Shown here one piece after another: positions 27,726 to 37,431 of a stretch of 52,730 bases of DNA. The notes beneath the pieces were generated by a model that had not been told where the DNA came from, searched no databases, and saw only the letters and a list, made by a program, of their open reading frames with translations. Source of the stretch: Minisyncoccota bacterium. GTDB lineage: Bacteria; Patescibacteriota; Minisyncoccia; Phycocordibacterales; UBA9973. The position numbers and the translations under genes are program-made. The stretch's first letter is position 1, and each line of letters starts with the position of its first letter. The stretch lies in assembly GCA_035550535.1 (NCBI GenBank), contig DASZOX010000036.1:1-52730 (forward strand), written 5' to 3'.

Positions 27726-28508
27726 TTATTGATAGCCTTCTTTCCACGCGTCTGACACAGTCAAGACGACAATCCCATTTTTCTGAAGTAAAGAACAGAT
27801 CGATCGCAACATATCCGGCGAGCAGCCCCATGTATTCGTTGTCGTATCAATCCGGTGAAAACACAGGATAAGCCAAAAATTATGTTCTTTCACCTCTTGC
27901 ACCCATTGTTCTACTTCAGGGAGCGTTGTCGTCCGAAGGACATACTTGCTTCTTAAACGATACTGATCCGCGTCCAGATCGTTGTAGTCATCTCCAACCA
28001 TTCGTGCCGTCGTATAGCCAGCTGCTTGTACAAATTTGCGATAGAGATAGCTCTCGCGACCGTACGGATACGCAAACGATCGGATCGGGATACCAAGTTT
28101 TTCCAAGTCCTCTTTTGACCTCTTGACTTGCCACCAATTCCATCCAAGCGAAATGATATACGGATGGGTTACCGTGTGCGAACCGATTTCGTGTCCGCGG
28201 TGATACAGATCAAGCACCTGCGCACTATCCATAAAGCCGGCGCGCTTGGAGAACATGTTGCTTGTGATGATATAAAACGTCCCTTTCATTTTGAATGAGT
28301 CGAGTAGCGGAAGTGCGGAAGCATACTGACTCTCATAGCCGTCATCAAAGGTAAGACTCACCACAATCACGGGTTGGAAGAGACCTAAATAAGCTCTTTC
28401 TTGTGGGAGATCGACAAGGACACAGCCACAGTAGACGACAACAACCAAGAAGAGGTTGAGAAGTACACGCAGTATTTTTCTTTTCATACTATACAGGTTT
28501 GATCTCAA
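27726..28508 (-). CDS. Polysaccharide deacetylase (NodB domain), membrane anchored
   Basis: LTFDDGYESQY and GSHTVTHPYI motifs with an N-terminal TM. Confidence 0.8.
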   Translation of the reverse strand: MRSNLYSMKRKILRVLLNLFLVVVVYCGCVLVDLPQERAYLGLFQPVIVVSLTFDDGYESQYASALPLLDSFKMKGTFYIITSNMFSKRAGFMDSAQVLDLYHRGHEIGSHTVTHPYIISLGWNWWQVKRSKEDLEKLGIPIRSFAYPYGRESYLYRKFVQAAGYTTARMVGDDYNDLDADQYRLRSKYVLRTTTLPEVEQWVQEVKEHNFWLILCFHRIDTTTNTWGCSPDMLRSICSLLQKNGIVVLTVSDAWKEGYQ

Positions 28509-28568
28509 TGGTATATATGAAAAGCAGCTTGGTCAATCAAAACAAGCTGCTCGCAACAACGTTGCGAG

Positions 28569-29705
28569 TTACATATGGGATGCAATGTAGGCACGCGTGA
28601 TCGGTCCGCAGAAGCCAGAGCCGCTGATGCCGACAGAACGCTGGAATTCGATGAGCGCTGCACGGGTGAGTACACCGAAATAGCCGGTCGGCCCATACTG
28701 TGTGAGCGTTTGCCCGTAGATGCCGACGTGTTTGTTGATCAAATACTGCTGCAAAATTTTTACATCGTCATTTCGCATGCCAGCTGACAAATCTTGTGAG
28801 ATTGCGCCAATCGCAACCGACACTGCCGGCGTAGTGACCGCTGTCACTGGTGCAGTCGAAGTAGAAGTCGCGTTTGTTGTTGCAGTCGGCGTCGGTGCGG
28901 TCACCGTTGAAACTGTCGGCGCAGAAACAGGTGTCGCAGTAGCGGTTGTTGTCTGTACTGTTGGCAGAGTATTCGTCGTTCCTGAAAGCGCATTTTGAAT
29001 TTCGATCGGAAACGGCACGTGCGTCGGTGGCAGACTCGTCAAATATGATCGATAGAGATTGACGATTGCATTTGCCGCGAGCTGACGGTTGTCAGAGCGA
29101 GCAATGATGTTTGCGAGCGCCGCGATGCGTTCATCGTCACTAAACGCTTGCGTGAGGCGCGGATTGGGATCGATGACGCCGACATCTTTGTCAAAAATTT
29201 GGAAGTGCAGATGGGTGGATGCTCCCTCCGCGTCCCCAGTATTGCCGACATACCCGATCAGATCTCCCGGCTGCAACTGCGCGCCGACGTGTATCGTCGG
29301 ACCAACTGCGGTCATGTGCGCATAATAAAACGTTTCGTTCCCGGGATTGGCTGTGTAGACTGCGATGCCACCGGCGCCGGCAAGGTCGATACGTGTGACG
29401 ACCGCAACCGTCGGCGACACGATGTACGCACCGCGTGGAGCAAAAATATCTTGCCCTTGATGCACGGAGCCGTTCGAATACACAATGCCGTAATTTTTTG
29501 CAAAACTTCCCGGCGCAATGCCGATCAAAATCGGCAGTTTCAAATTTTGCTCGGCAGTTTGCGGAAGCGCCGCAACCTCCTCGTCTACACCCGCCGTTGC
29601 CGGTGTCACGATCCGCCACCAATTCATCGGTGCATTCGACTGTGCGGCAACGACCGTGACACCACAAAACAACGCAAGAATGAAGCACAGCGTATATGTT
29701 TTCAT
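28569..29705 (-). CDS. M23 family metallopeptidase with a Thr/Ala/Pro-rich linker and a C-terminal peptidoglycan-binding domain
   Basis: Signal peptide; HQGQDIF and STHLHFQIF (M23 zinc ligands); C-terminal DVKILQQYL...GYFGVLTRAALIEFQ (PG_binding_1-like). Confidence 0.85.
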   Translation of the reverse strand: MKTYTLCFILALFCGVTVVAAQSNAPMNWWRIVTPATAGVDEEVAALPQTAEQNLKLPILIGIAPGSFAKNYGIVYSNGSVHQGQDIFAPRGAYIVSPTVAVVTRIDLAGAGGIAVYTANPGNETFYYAHMTAVGPTIHVGAQLQPGDLIGYVGNTGDAEGASTHLHFQIFDKDVGVIDPNPRLTQAFSDDERIAALANIIARSDNRQLAANAIVNLYRSYLTSLPPTHVPFPIEIQNALSGTTNTLPTVQTTTATATPVSAPTVSTVTAPTPTATTNATSTSTAPVTAVTTPAVSVAIGAISQDLSAGMRNDDVKILQQYLINKHVGIYGQTLTQYGPTGYFGVLTRAALIEFQRSVGISGSGFCGPITRAYIASHM

Positions 29706-29991
29706 GAGAAGAAGTATAGCAAATCATTGCTGCATCCTCCGATCTCAAACTGATACACCTACACTGTGTGTAACTCAAAAAAAATCTTACCCAGCTGTGT
29801 CTGTTAAAAAATCGGATTGGGCATCCCCATTATCTTGAGATACAAAAGAATCCGTCAAACCAAGATATACATACAGAAAGGCTGGAGCTCCGACCAAAAT
29901 CCATATCAGTTCTTCAAATGGAAGCGATAGATAGTGGCCAATACGGACGGATCCGAGATCAGTTCCGTTCTTGCACTACTTTTTTGAAATT

Positions 29992-30017
29992 AAAAGACCT
30001 CCTTTTGGAGGAGGTCT
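29992..30017 (-). terminator. Rho-independent terminator candidate directly after the 30019 stop codon
   Basis: Perfect 8-bp AGACCTCC/GGAGGTCT stem followed on the minus strand by TTTTAATTT. Confidence 0.6.
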
Positions 30018-30018
30018 G

Positions 30019-30726
30019 TCAAACGGTTTGTGGAACCTTTGCAAAAGAAAAAATCGCAGAGAAAACACGTTTTAAACTTTCCGTAATTTCACCTAACTCA
30101 ATACTCATTTGGCCTCTATAATAGCGTCTTCTTTTTAGATCTGATTTAGCTAATTTTTCAATCACAGATTCAAATTCAACTGACGCTGCCTCAATAAATG
30201 CAGTAGCGTTAATATCAGTTTCACGATGAATTAAAAAATATTTTCCATCACTGATTGCTAAACGATGAAAAGAAATCTCATTTAACCACGGAATGAATAC
30301 CAAAGAAGAATTTTCCCATAGTGCCATTAGAAATAACCCCTTAACACTTGCAGCTTTTTGTGTGAGAAATCGTATTTCTCGGGCTACGATGGGCAACATG
30401 ACAGCATCAACATCTTCATACTGATCTCGTATAGAATAGAAAACAGCAAGAAATTGTAGTGCTGGCACAATCACATTTAATAACAGCTGCGGGTGATTTT
30501 CTTCAATTTGGCATTTAATATTTTCTTCAAGCACTTGTTTTGCTTCTGCTGTTTGTACATTTCCATTTGTCAGCATGAGCCAAAGTATGAAATTTGTTCG
30601 CACAACCATATCGTATGCGAGAAGTACCTTGAGCATATCACTTGGTTCCCCGTTGTTGTAATCAGGTAAAAGTTCTGTAATGAACTGTTTGAGATCTTCG
30701 GTTTGTTCTGTAATGAACTGTTTCAT
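30019..30726 (-). CDS. Hypothetical protein in an AT-rich islet. An all-helical heme-oxygenase-like or iron-containing redox enzyme fold is possible, but this is weak.
   Basis: 235-aa ORF. The ENIKCQIEENHPQLL and YFLIHRETDINATAF segments loosely recall Haem_oxygenase_2-type motifs. The N-terminus carries the duplicated KQFITE. Confidence 0.5.
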   Translation of the reverse strand: MKQFITEQTEDLKQFITELLPDYNNGEPSDMLKVLLAYDMVVRTNFILWLMLTNGNVQTAEAKQVLEENIKCQIEENHPQLLLNVIVPALQFLAVFYSIRDQYEDVDAVMLPIVAREIRFLTQKAASVKGLFLMALWENSSLVFIPWLNEISFHRLAISDGKYFLIHRETDINATAFIEAASVEFESVIEKLAKSDLKRRRYYRGQMSIELGEITESLKRVFSAIFSFAKVPQTV

Positions 30727-30841
30727 TTTTTCGTTTTCTTCAACAGTATCACTACCAACAATAAAGTCAATGGGTGGGTTTAGTTCGAGTCCAAGGCGGG
30801 TTATTCATTCCTTGTTATACAAATGCTAATTTTCACAAAAT

Positions 30842-30869
30842 CAAAAAGGCTTTTATTACAAAGCCTTTT
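30842..30869. terminator. Hairpin terminator (11-bp stem) between the two islet genes
   Basis: AAAAAGGCTTT/AAAGCCTTTTT with a 6-nt loop. Confidence 0.6.
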
Positions 30870-30996
30870 TGAACTATAATTTTCTTTTTTAGTACTTGCA
30901 CTAATGCTGGCCTCCTCGAGCTGGAACAGTGGTCGGTCAATCCTCTTAATGCTTGTTTCTTATGTTCCAGAACCATACCACGACGCATCTCGTGTG

Positions 30997-31542
30997 CTAT
31001 CGATATCCTTTTTTATAAGCAATTATTTTTATAATGTTGTACGAAAGCATATAGATAGTAAAAATAGTAAATAGTAACCAGTTGCCAAACAGTAAAGCGT
31101 AGATAAAAGTTGGTATTGGATAGTAAAGCATTGATTCGTTTAAAATCGCCCAAAAAGATTTTAGATGGAATACATCGTTAGCATAGTCCTTCATGCTTCC
31201 AAATATAAGAAATATAAAAAAGAATGCTAAGAAAGGAACCACAACAATCTGCTGAAAAGCTATCCCAATTATGATTATTATTGAAGCAGCTATTTGATGA
31301 TTTAAATAATCGAGTCGGTTTCTTATTATAAAAGCAATATTCATTGCTACCACCACGGAACCAACTAAAGGATTTGTGTCTACAATTAGTAATGCGCCAA
31401 ATACTCCCCACAATACTCCAAATAAAATATTACTACCTTTAAACAACCTTAATCCATGCTCGTTAAGCAAGTCGGCGATTTTCATCGTCGCTCCGTAGAG
31501 AAATGCGGATAAAACAATGAGTACCATCGAGAAATGTTCCAT
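30997..31542 (-). CDS. Hypothetical integral membrane protein (about 6 TM)
   Basis: 181-aa strongly hydrophobic ORF in the AT-rich islet. Confidence 0.55.
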   Translation of the reverse strand: MEHFSMVLIVLSAFLYGATMKIADLLNEHGLRLFKGSNILFGVLWGVFGALLIVDTNPLVGSVVVAMNIAFIIRNRLDYLNHQIAASIIIIIGIAFQQIVVVPFLAFFFIFLIFGSMKDYANDVFHLKSFWAILNESMLYYPIPTFIYALLFGNWLLFTIFTIYMLSYNIIKIIAYKKGYR

Positions 31543-31752
31543 ACATTAAATTATATCAGTTTGTTGAGGCCTAACGCTCTATGCAAAGTTAAACATAGCA
31601 CTGACGCGTCTCGAGCGCGTTAATTTCCGATTTTCCTGCCAAGTGCTAGGGACATGACAAGCGGTATGGAAACTGTGCCGTTGTGTTCCCTCCCACGATC
31701 TACAAACCTTCGTGAAGGAAACAATTTCAGCGTTCCTTACCCTCAGATCGTT

Positions 31753-32121
31753 TCAAAAGCTATCAGGTCCTTTACCATCCAACTGCGATTTGTAACTCCT
31801 CAAAAGACTTTCAATCTTTTCTATGAGGTCAGTTTCTCCGGCTTGGAATGCGATCTCACGCGTATCGAGCAGGTCGTCGTAGGCTTCTTGCACATATCCT
31901 GCTTCATGAAACAATGTAGCATTGTCGATGGAGCATTGGATGCTCGCTCGGTAGTGTTCTTTTTTAGTGGTTATTTTTTCGACTTCACGCCTACTCTGCT
32001 CGATAAACGCGCCAAGCGCTTCCCTTGCCTCGGGGTCTTCTAGCCCGTTCGCCTTTAGCGCATCGATAACTTCTTTTCGAGACTTTTTTGGTTGTTCGGC
32101 CGCGCCAAATGATTCGTACAT
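31753..32121 (-). CDS. Hypothetical acidic helical protein
   Basis: 122-aa ORF ending 21 nt upstream of tRNA-Gln. Confidence 0.5.
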   Translation of the reverse strand: MYESFGAAEQPKKSRKEVIDALKANGLEDPEAREALGAFIEQSRREVEKITTKKEHYRASIQCSIDNATLFHEAGYVQEAYDDLLDTREIAFQAGETDLIEKIESLLRSYKSQLDGKGPDSF

Positions 32122-32142
32122 AGTGGGAGTGTAGCATAGTTG

Positions 32143-32213
32143 CTGCCAGACTAGGACTCGAACCTAGATATGCAGAGCCAGAATCTGCAGTCCTACCATT
32201 AGACGATCTGGCA
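32143..32213 (-). tRNA. tRNA-Gln (anticodon CTG)
   Basis: Hand-folded cloverleaf: acceptor TGCCAGA/TCTGGCA, D stem GTCT/GGAC, anticodon stem GCAGA/TCTGC with loop TTCTGGC, T arm CTAGG-TTCGAGT-CCTAG. Confidence 0.85.
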
Positions 32214-32281
32214 AAGATCGTAATACAAAAACACGCCCTTACAGGCGTGTGTAGAATAACGTTTTTTTGAAAGAAAATCAA

Positions 32282-32812
32282 TCAGCGATGCTTGGCCCGG
32301 CAGAGCGGAACTCTTCTTTTGTTTTGCTTGGAAAGCACCTTTTCTGAGGCTACGCAATACAGTTCAAATTGCTCTTCTCTTTGTTCAAACACGGCAATAA
32401 TTTGGGGATCATTCGTGATGAACCCAACATTGCCAAAGCTGAGGGCTTTTATTTCTCCTACAACAGGCTCTTCTCTTTCTTGAAGAGGAGTTTCCTTATC
32501 TTCAAACACATAGTCATCAACCGAGATTGGTTCGAGGAGAATTTCTTCCTGAAAAACAGCAAACGAAACACTTTCACCAACAAATGTAAGTGGATCACCA
32601 AGCGTGTCAGGTGTAGCAAAGGAATTACAGAGACGTTCATATCCGGGGGTTTGAGAAATTCCCCGATTATTATAATTTTCGCTCAGGTTTGCAAAACACA
32701 ATCCCCGAGGTAATCCATCGGGCCATGGTACAGCGAAGCTGCTTTCTGGAACACGAATAACTGGTCTGAGCGTTACCGGAAAAAGTTTCCGGTCTACATT
32801 TTGTAAAGCCAT
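32282..32812 (-). CDS. Hypothetical protein
   Basis: 176-aa ORF with no recognisable motif. Confidence 0.5.
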   Translation of the reverse strand: MALQNVDRKLFPVTLRPVIRVPESSFAVPWPDGLPRGLCFANLSENYNNRGISQTPGYERLCNSFATPDTLGDPLTFVGESVSFAVFQEEILLEPISVDDYVFEDKETPLQEREEPVVGEIKALSFGNVGFITNDPQIIAVFEQREEQFELYCVASEKVLSKQNKRRVPLCRAKHR

Positions 32813-32867
32813 TGCAATCGTTTTTTGGGTTATGAAATTTTCTTATTATTATACCAACTTTTGTTTT

Positions 32868-33230
32868 TTACTCAAGTTCAAACGCAATCAGCCCAAATTC
32901 GGCAATCTTTTCTTTGTAGCCGGAGAACGAGTAATACATAGCTTTGATGTCTTTTGCAGTGGCTAGAGAAGGGTTGATCATTGAAGGTTTGTATTTTCTC
33001 AAAAGTGAAGCAATGGTTTTGAAATGGCACAGTGTGGTGATTTTCTTTTGTGTTTTCTTTCCGTCGCAGCAGAATATCACTTCGTCTCCCACTTGTAGGC
33101 GCTCGTATTTGACCGACGCAACACGGGTCTCCACTTTTTTCTTGCCAGACTTTATAGCGTTAAATAGCGCGACATCTTTCGCTGCAATTCGAAGAAGATG
33201 CGGCTTATTTTTTCCTTTTTGCTTTTGCAT
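32868..33230 (-). CDS. ASCH domain-like small protein
   Basis: 120-aa ORF. ...FNAIKSGKKKVETRVASVKYERLQVGDEVIF... matches the ASCH beta-barrel N-terminal pattern. Its 5' end overlaps the pyrG 3' end by 26 nt. Confidence 0.55.
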   Translation of the reverse strand: MQKQKGKNKPHLLRIAAKDVALFNAIKSGKKKVETRVASVKYERLQVGDEVIFCCDGKKTQKKITTLCHFKTIASLLRKYKPSMINPSLATAKDIKAMYYSFSGYKEKIAEFGLIAFELE

Positions 33231-34899
33231 GGGCTATCGCTGCTTTTATAAATTCGGTAAACAGTGGATGCGGCTGAAGCGGTCGTGCGAGAAATTCGGG
33301 GTGAAATTGGGTGCCGAGGAAAAATGGATGTTCCGACTTTGGAAGCTCGGCGATTTCCATGAGCGTACCGTCGGGAGATTTACCCGAAAAGATGAGTCCT
33401 GCCACTTCAAGTTGGGAAATGAATTTGGGATTTACTTCATAGCGGTGGCGATGGCGTTCATGGATTGTGCTTTTTCTGTACGCGCCTTGTGCGATGGTTC
33501 CTCTCATAAGGGTACACGGATATGTGCCGAGACGCATCGTACCGCCAAAGTCCTGCTTGTCCATTTTTTCGCGCTGAGTTTCCATAATGTCGATAATGCA
33601 GCAATCGCTCTTGGGATTATTCTCTCGCGTCGTAGCACTTGGCATACCGGCGGCATGTCGAGCAAACTCGATCACCGCAAGCTGCATACCGTAGCAGAGT
33701 CCGAAGTAGGGAATTTTCTTTTCGCGCGCAAAGCGGATCGCGGCGATCTTCCCTTCGACGCCGCGACTGCCAAAGCCACCTGGCACAATGATGCCGTCAT
33801 AGCGCAAGAGACGGGCAACAGATGCAGGATTCCCGCCTGCTCCCGAAGCTCCGCGAGGGCGGGCAGGCTTTTCAAATTCCCCTGCATTCACCCATTCGAT
33901 CTCGGCGCGCTTGCCGTACGCACATGCTGAATATTTCACTGCCTCAATGACGGAAAGATATGCGTCGGAGAGCACGAACGCGCCCGTCTCAAAATATTTT
34001 CCCACCATTGCGATTTTCACGGTGTCTTTGGCGTTTTTGATTTTGTTTGTAAATTGAACCCACTGCTTCGTACCACCATTTTTTGCGCCGAGTTTCACAT
34101 GCAAAATTTTTCCAAGCTTATCCGAGAGGTTTTCCCTTTCAAAATTGAGCGGCACATCATAGATGCTTTTGATATCGGGCGCGGCGATCACGTGGTCTTC
34201 GGAGACATTGCAGAAATAGGAAATCTTTTGTTTGCGCTTCTCATCGAGCGCAAGTGTGCTGCGCGCAATGACGATATCTGGTTGTATACCGGAAGCATTG
34301 AGCGTACGGACACTGTGTTGCGTCGGCTTTGTCTTCATCTCACCGAGGCTCCCCGGGGTGGGCAGGTATGAGACCATCACAAAGGCGACATGATCCGGAT
34401 CACGGAGCTTCATCATGCGTGCTGCTTCGAGGAAAAGGATGTTTTCGTATTCGCCGATCGTGCCGCCGATCTCGATCACGGTGACCTCGGCGTTCGCTTC
34501 CCGTTGCGCCGCTTCAATGCGTGCCACAACCTCAAGCGGCACATGGGGCACCACCTGCACGCACGCACCTTTGTACTTGAGCGCCCGCTCGTTGGCGATC
34601 ACCGCTTGGTACACGCGGCCGGTCGTCATGTAGTTGCGACTTGAGAGCGACGTGTTGAGAAATCGCTCGTAGTTACCCATATCCTGATCGGTTTCGTACC
34701 CATCGTCGAGGACAAATACTTCCCCGTGCTCAGTCGGATTCATCGTTCCTGCATCGACGTTCACATACGGGTCGATCTTCAGGGCAGTAACCCTCACGCC
34801 ACGATCCTGTAGTATCTTTGCGATAGAGGAGGAGGTGATTCCTTTTCCGACTCCGGAAATGACGCCCCCTACCACAAAGATGTACGACGGATGCTTCAT
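33205..34899 (-). CDS. pyrG: CTP synthase
   Basis: 564-aa ORF with IFVVGGVISGVGKG, KIDPYVNVDAGTM, GLCYGMQ (glutaminase Cys) and HRHRYEVN. Confidence 0.95.
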   Translation of the reverse strand: MKHPSYIFVVGGVISGVGKGITSSSIAKILQDRGVRVTALKIDPYVNVDAGTMNPTEHGEVFVLDDGYETDQDMGNYERFLNTSLSSRNYMTTGRVYQAVIANERALKYKGACVQVVPHVPLEVVARIEAAQREANAEVTVIEIGGTIGEYENILFLEAARMMKLRDPDHVAFVMVSYLPTPGSLGEMKTKPTQHSVRTLNASGIQPDIVIARSTLALDEKRKQKISYFCNVSEDHVIAAPDIKSIYDVPLNFERENLSDKLGKILHVKLGAKNGGTKQWVQFTNKIKNAKDTVKIAMVGKYFETGAFVLSDAYLSVIEAVKYSACAYGKRAEIEWVNAGEFEKPARPRGASGAGGNPASVARLLRYDGIIVPGGFGSRGVEGKIAAIRFAREKKIPYFGLCYGMQLAVIEFARHAAGMPSATTRENNPKSDCCIIDIMETQREKMDKQDFGGTMRLGTYPCTLMRGTIAQGAYRKSTIHERHRHRYEVNPKFISQLEVAGLIFSGKSPDGTLMEIAELPKSEHPFFLGTQFHPEFLARPLQPHPLFTEFIKAAIAHAKAKRKK

Positions 34900-34902
34900 T
34901 GT

Positions 34903-35826
34903 TTAGACGTTGAGATAGCGATGTACCGCCAAAAAGCTTGAGAGCCACCCCAAAAAGATACCCACTAGAAGTACAAGTCCCCCGATCGAAAGGAAGTGTG
35001 TGGTGTAATACGTGTAGAGGTTGAAACCCAAAATATCAGTCGCCCGCACTCCTATGACATACGTGAGTGGCAAAAAGAGTGCGGTCGCGATGACAAAGGC
35101 AAAAAAGCCGTACAAAATGCCTTCCACCAGAAACGGTGCACGCACATACCCCGAACTCGCACCGACGAGGCGCATGATACCGATTTCCTCACGAGCAACA
35201 TAGATGGTGAGCCGCACCGTGGTAAATACAATGACAATAGAGATGAGGGCGAGTACGGCAGTGATGCCGAGCCCGACCGTCCGCGCATCGCGGATAAGCG
35301 TGTTGAGTCGGTCGATGATGAGCTTGTTTTGAGAATAGTTGATGCGGTCAATAATCTGTGCATTGTCGCGCGCCACTTGGCTATCACCCTGCAAGACTTG
35401 CGCGATCGCTTCGTACTGCGTTGAATCCTTCGCTTTGATGAGCAGCGACCCGCCAAAAGGGTTGTCCCCCAACTCATCGAGCGCTTCGAGGGTGAGGTAG
35501 TCATCGGCATGGCGATCACGAAAATCGAGTACCTGCTGATCAGCGGAAGTGTATTGGACGTTCGCCACTTCGGGGAGCTTTTCGAGGGTGCTCTTGAGCG
35601 CCAAAATGCTGTCTTCCGGAGCGTCAACGGTGAAGTAGACGGCGATATCGACTTTGTTTTGCACTTGGGTGATAGCGCTGGTGAGCACTGCTTGAAAAAG
35701 GAGGATCGCCGTTGCCACCGAGAGTGTGATAGTGGTCACCAATATAGCCGCATAGGAGACGAGACGGTTGCGCCGGAAATTGATCCAACCACTGCGCACT
35801 ACCCTTTGTAATCGTACCCAAAACAT
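34903..35826 (-). CDS. ftsX: Cell division permease FtsX
   Basis: 307-aa ORF with FtsX topology and REEIGIMRLVGAS, immediately downstream of ftsE. Confidence 0.85.
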   Translation of the reverse strand: MFWVRLQRVVRSGWINFRRNRLVSYAAILVTTITLSVATAILLFQAVLTSAITQVQNKVDIAVYFTVDAPEDSILALKSTLEKLPEVANVQYTSADQQVLDFRDRHADDYLTLEALDELGDNPFGGSLLIKAKDSTQYEAIAQVLQGDSQVARDNAQIIDRINYSQNKLIIDRLNTLIRDARTVGLGITAVLALISIVIVFTTVRLTIYVAREEIGIMRLVGASSGYVRAPFLVEGILYGFFAFVIATALFLPLTYVIGVRATDILGFNLYTYYTTHFLSIGGLVLLVGIFLGWLSSFLAVHRYLNV

Positions 35827-35835
35827 ATTCGTTGA

Positions 35836-36513
35836 TTATACCTTTATTTTACGTTCTTCGTCACTTGCAATACGACCTTTCTCCATCGAGACCAAGCGCT
35901 TGCCTACCGCGTGGATAAGCAGTGGGTCGTGGGTCGTGAGAATGACGGTGGTGCCGAGGTCGTTGATTTTTTTCAAAATATGAATGACCTCTTTTGTACT
36001 CGCCTCATCCAAATTCCCCGTCGGTTCATCGGCAATCAAGACTTCCGGCTGGTTGATGATGGCACGCGCGATCGCGAGGCGCTGTTTTTCGCCGCCGGAG
36101 AGTTGCCCGGGGAAATGAAACATGCGATCCTGTAGATCGACCAATTGGAGCACGTGTGGCACATCTGAGACGATCTCATCATCTGTTTTGCCGGCGGCCT
36201 CCATCGCAAAGGCGATATTTTCATACGCGGTTTTGCTCCCCAGCAACCGAAACTCTTGAAACACTGTCCCGATGCGGCGGCGCAGTTGCGTCTTTTCATC
36301 TCGATTGAAACTGGCGACATCAATATTTTCAAACAGCACTGTGCCTTCGGTCGGGGTTTCCTCGGCGAGCACCAGTTTCGTGAGCGTCGTTTTGCCGGCT
36401 CCCGATGGACCAATAATGGTCACAAACTCAGCAGTGGTAATTTCTAAGTTTATATCTTCGAGGGCAACAGAGCCGTTGGGGTATACTTTCGAGACGTTGA
36501 CGAACTTAATCAT
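35836..36513 (-). CDS. ftsE: Cell division ATP-binding protein FtsE
   Basis: Walker [10 protein letters not shown], signature [14 protein letters not shown] and Walker [12 protein letters not shown]. Confidence 0.9.
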   Translation of the reverse strand: MIKFVNVSKVYPNGSVALEDINLEITTAEFVTIIGPSGAGKTTLTKLVLAEETPTEGTVLFENIDVASFNRDEKTQLRRRIGTVFQEFRLLGSKTAYENIAFAMEAAGKTDDEIVSDVPHVLQLVDLQDRMFHFPGQLSGGEKQRLAIARAIINQPEVLIADEPTGNLDEASTKEVIHILKKINDLGTTVILTTHDPLLIHAVGKRLVSMEKGRIASDEERKIKV

Positions 36514-36543
36514 AACAAGGTTTCAGTATAACACACGATCAAT

Positions 36544-37428
36544 TTAGGAAAGTTTTTGCTCTGCGACGATGAATTCGTCAAGGGCACCTTCGCCCAAGAC
36601 CTTTTCTACATCGTGCGTTTCTACCTCGGTGCGGTGATCTTTGATGAGCTTGTACGGATGGAGGACGTAGGAGCGGATTTGGTTGCCCCATTCGATATCG
36701 GTCGTTTTTGATATCTGCATGCCTTTCTCATGTGCGGTGCGTTCCTCCTCCTGTCGCTTGTAGAGCTTGCCCTTGAGGAGTGAGAGGGCGCGTTCGCGAT
36801 TTTGCTCTTGGCTGCGCTCGGTCGCCACATGCACCGCGATACCTGTCGGTGTGTGCACCATGCGCACTGCGGTTTCGCGTTTGTTGACGTTTTGCCCGCC
36901 GGGACCTCCCGCGCGCGCGAATGAGACTTCGATATCACTTTCGGGAATATCTACTTCTTTGTCAGCTTTGTCGAACTCAGGGATAACTTCGACGAGCACA
37001 AATGACGTCTGGCGCTTGGCGTTTGCATTGAAAGGCGAAATGCGTACGAGGCGATGCACGCCATTCTCACCTTTGAGCGTGCCATAGGCATTTTTTCCTG
37101 TGATCAGTATCGTAACATTTCTGAATCCGCCGTGATCGTTCTCGTTGTGATGGAGTATGGTCACCGACCAACGCTGTCGCTCGCAGTATTTCTGATACAT
37201 GCGCAAGAGCATTGCTGCGAAATCTTCCGCGTCATCCCCACCTGCCCCAGCAAAGAGGGTCATCACCGCACTCCCGCGGTCGTATTTTCCGAATCCTTGG
37301 AGCGCGTCCTTGAGTTCTTGGAGCTGTTTGATCTGCTGCTGCGCGACAATTTTGTCGTTCCAAAAATCCGCCCGCTGCATGGCGGTTTCGATTGCGGTAA
37401 TCTGTGATTGTATGCGCTCTTTGTCCAT
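36544..37428 (-). CDS. prfB: Peptide chain release factor 2 (short form, single uninterrupted ORF)
   Basis: SPF tripeptide (LVRISPFNA), GGQ motif ([10 protein letters not shown]) and the C-terminal [13 protein letters not shown]. Confidence 0.9.
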   Translation of the reverse strand: MDKERIQSQITAIETAMQRADFWNDKIVAQQQIKQLQELKDALQGFGKYDRGSAVMTLFAGAGGDDAEDFAAMLLRMYQKYCERQRWSVTILHHNENDHGGFRNVTILITGKNAYGTLKGENGVHRLVRISPFNANAKRQTSFVLVEVIPEFDKADKEVDIPESDIEVSFARAGGPGGQNVNKRETAVRMVHTPTGIAVHVATERSQEQNRERALSLLKGKLYKRQEEERTAHEKGMQISKTTDIEWGNQIRSYVLHPYKLIKDHRTEVETHDVEKVLGEGALDEFIVAEQKLS

Positions 37429-37431
37429 AGT

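Noticed and set aside
28830-28990. Repetitive-looking GTNGC-rich DNA in the M23 peptidase gene.
   Set aside because: It encodes a Thr/Ala/Pro/Val low-complexity linker (TTATATPVSAPTVSTVTAPTPTATT...). It is not a discrete DNA repeat array or a CRISPR.
30771-30805. GTTCGAGTCC T-loop-like 10-mer in the islet spacer, considered as a possible tRNA fragment or att remnant.
   Set aside because: The flanking bases give only a poor T stem, and no complementary acceptor strand exists upstream. A 10-mer match to the T-loop consensus is not enough.
31991-32281. 96-aa ORF covering tRNA-Gln. ORFs 44867..45439, 45170..45424 and 45547..45975 likewise cover the tRNA cluster.
   Set aside because: They run through clean tRNA cloverleaves, so they are artefacts of stop-free structured RNA sequence.
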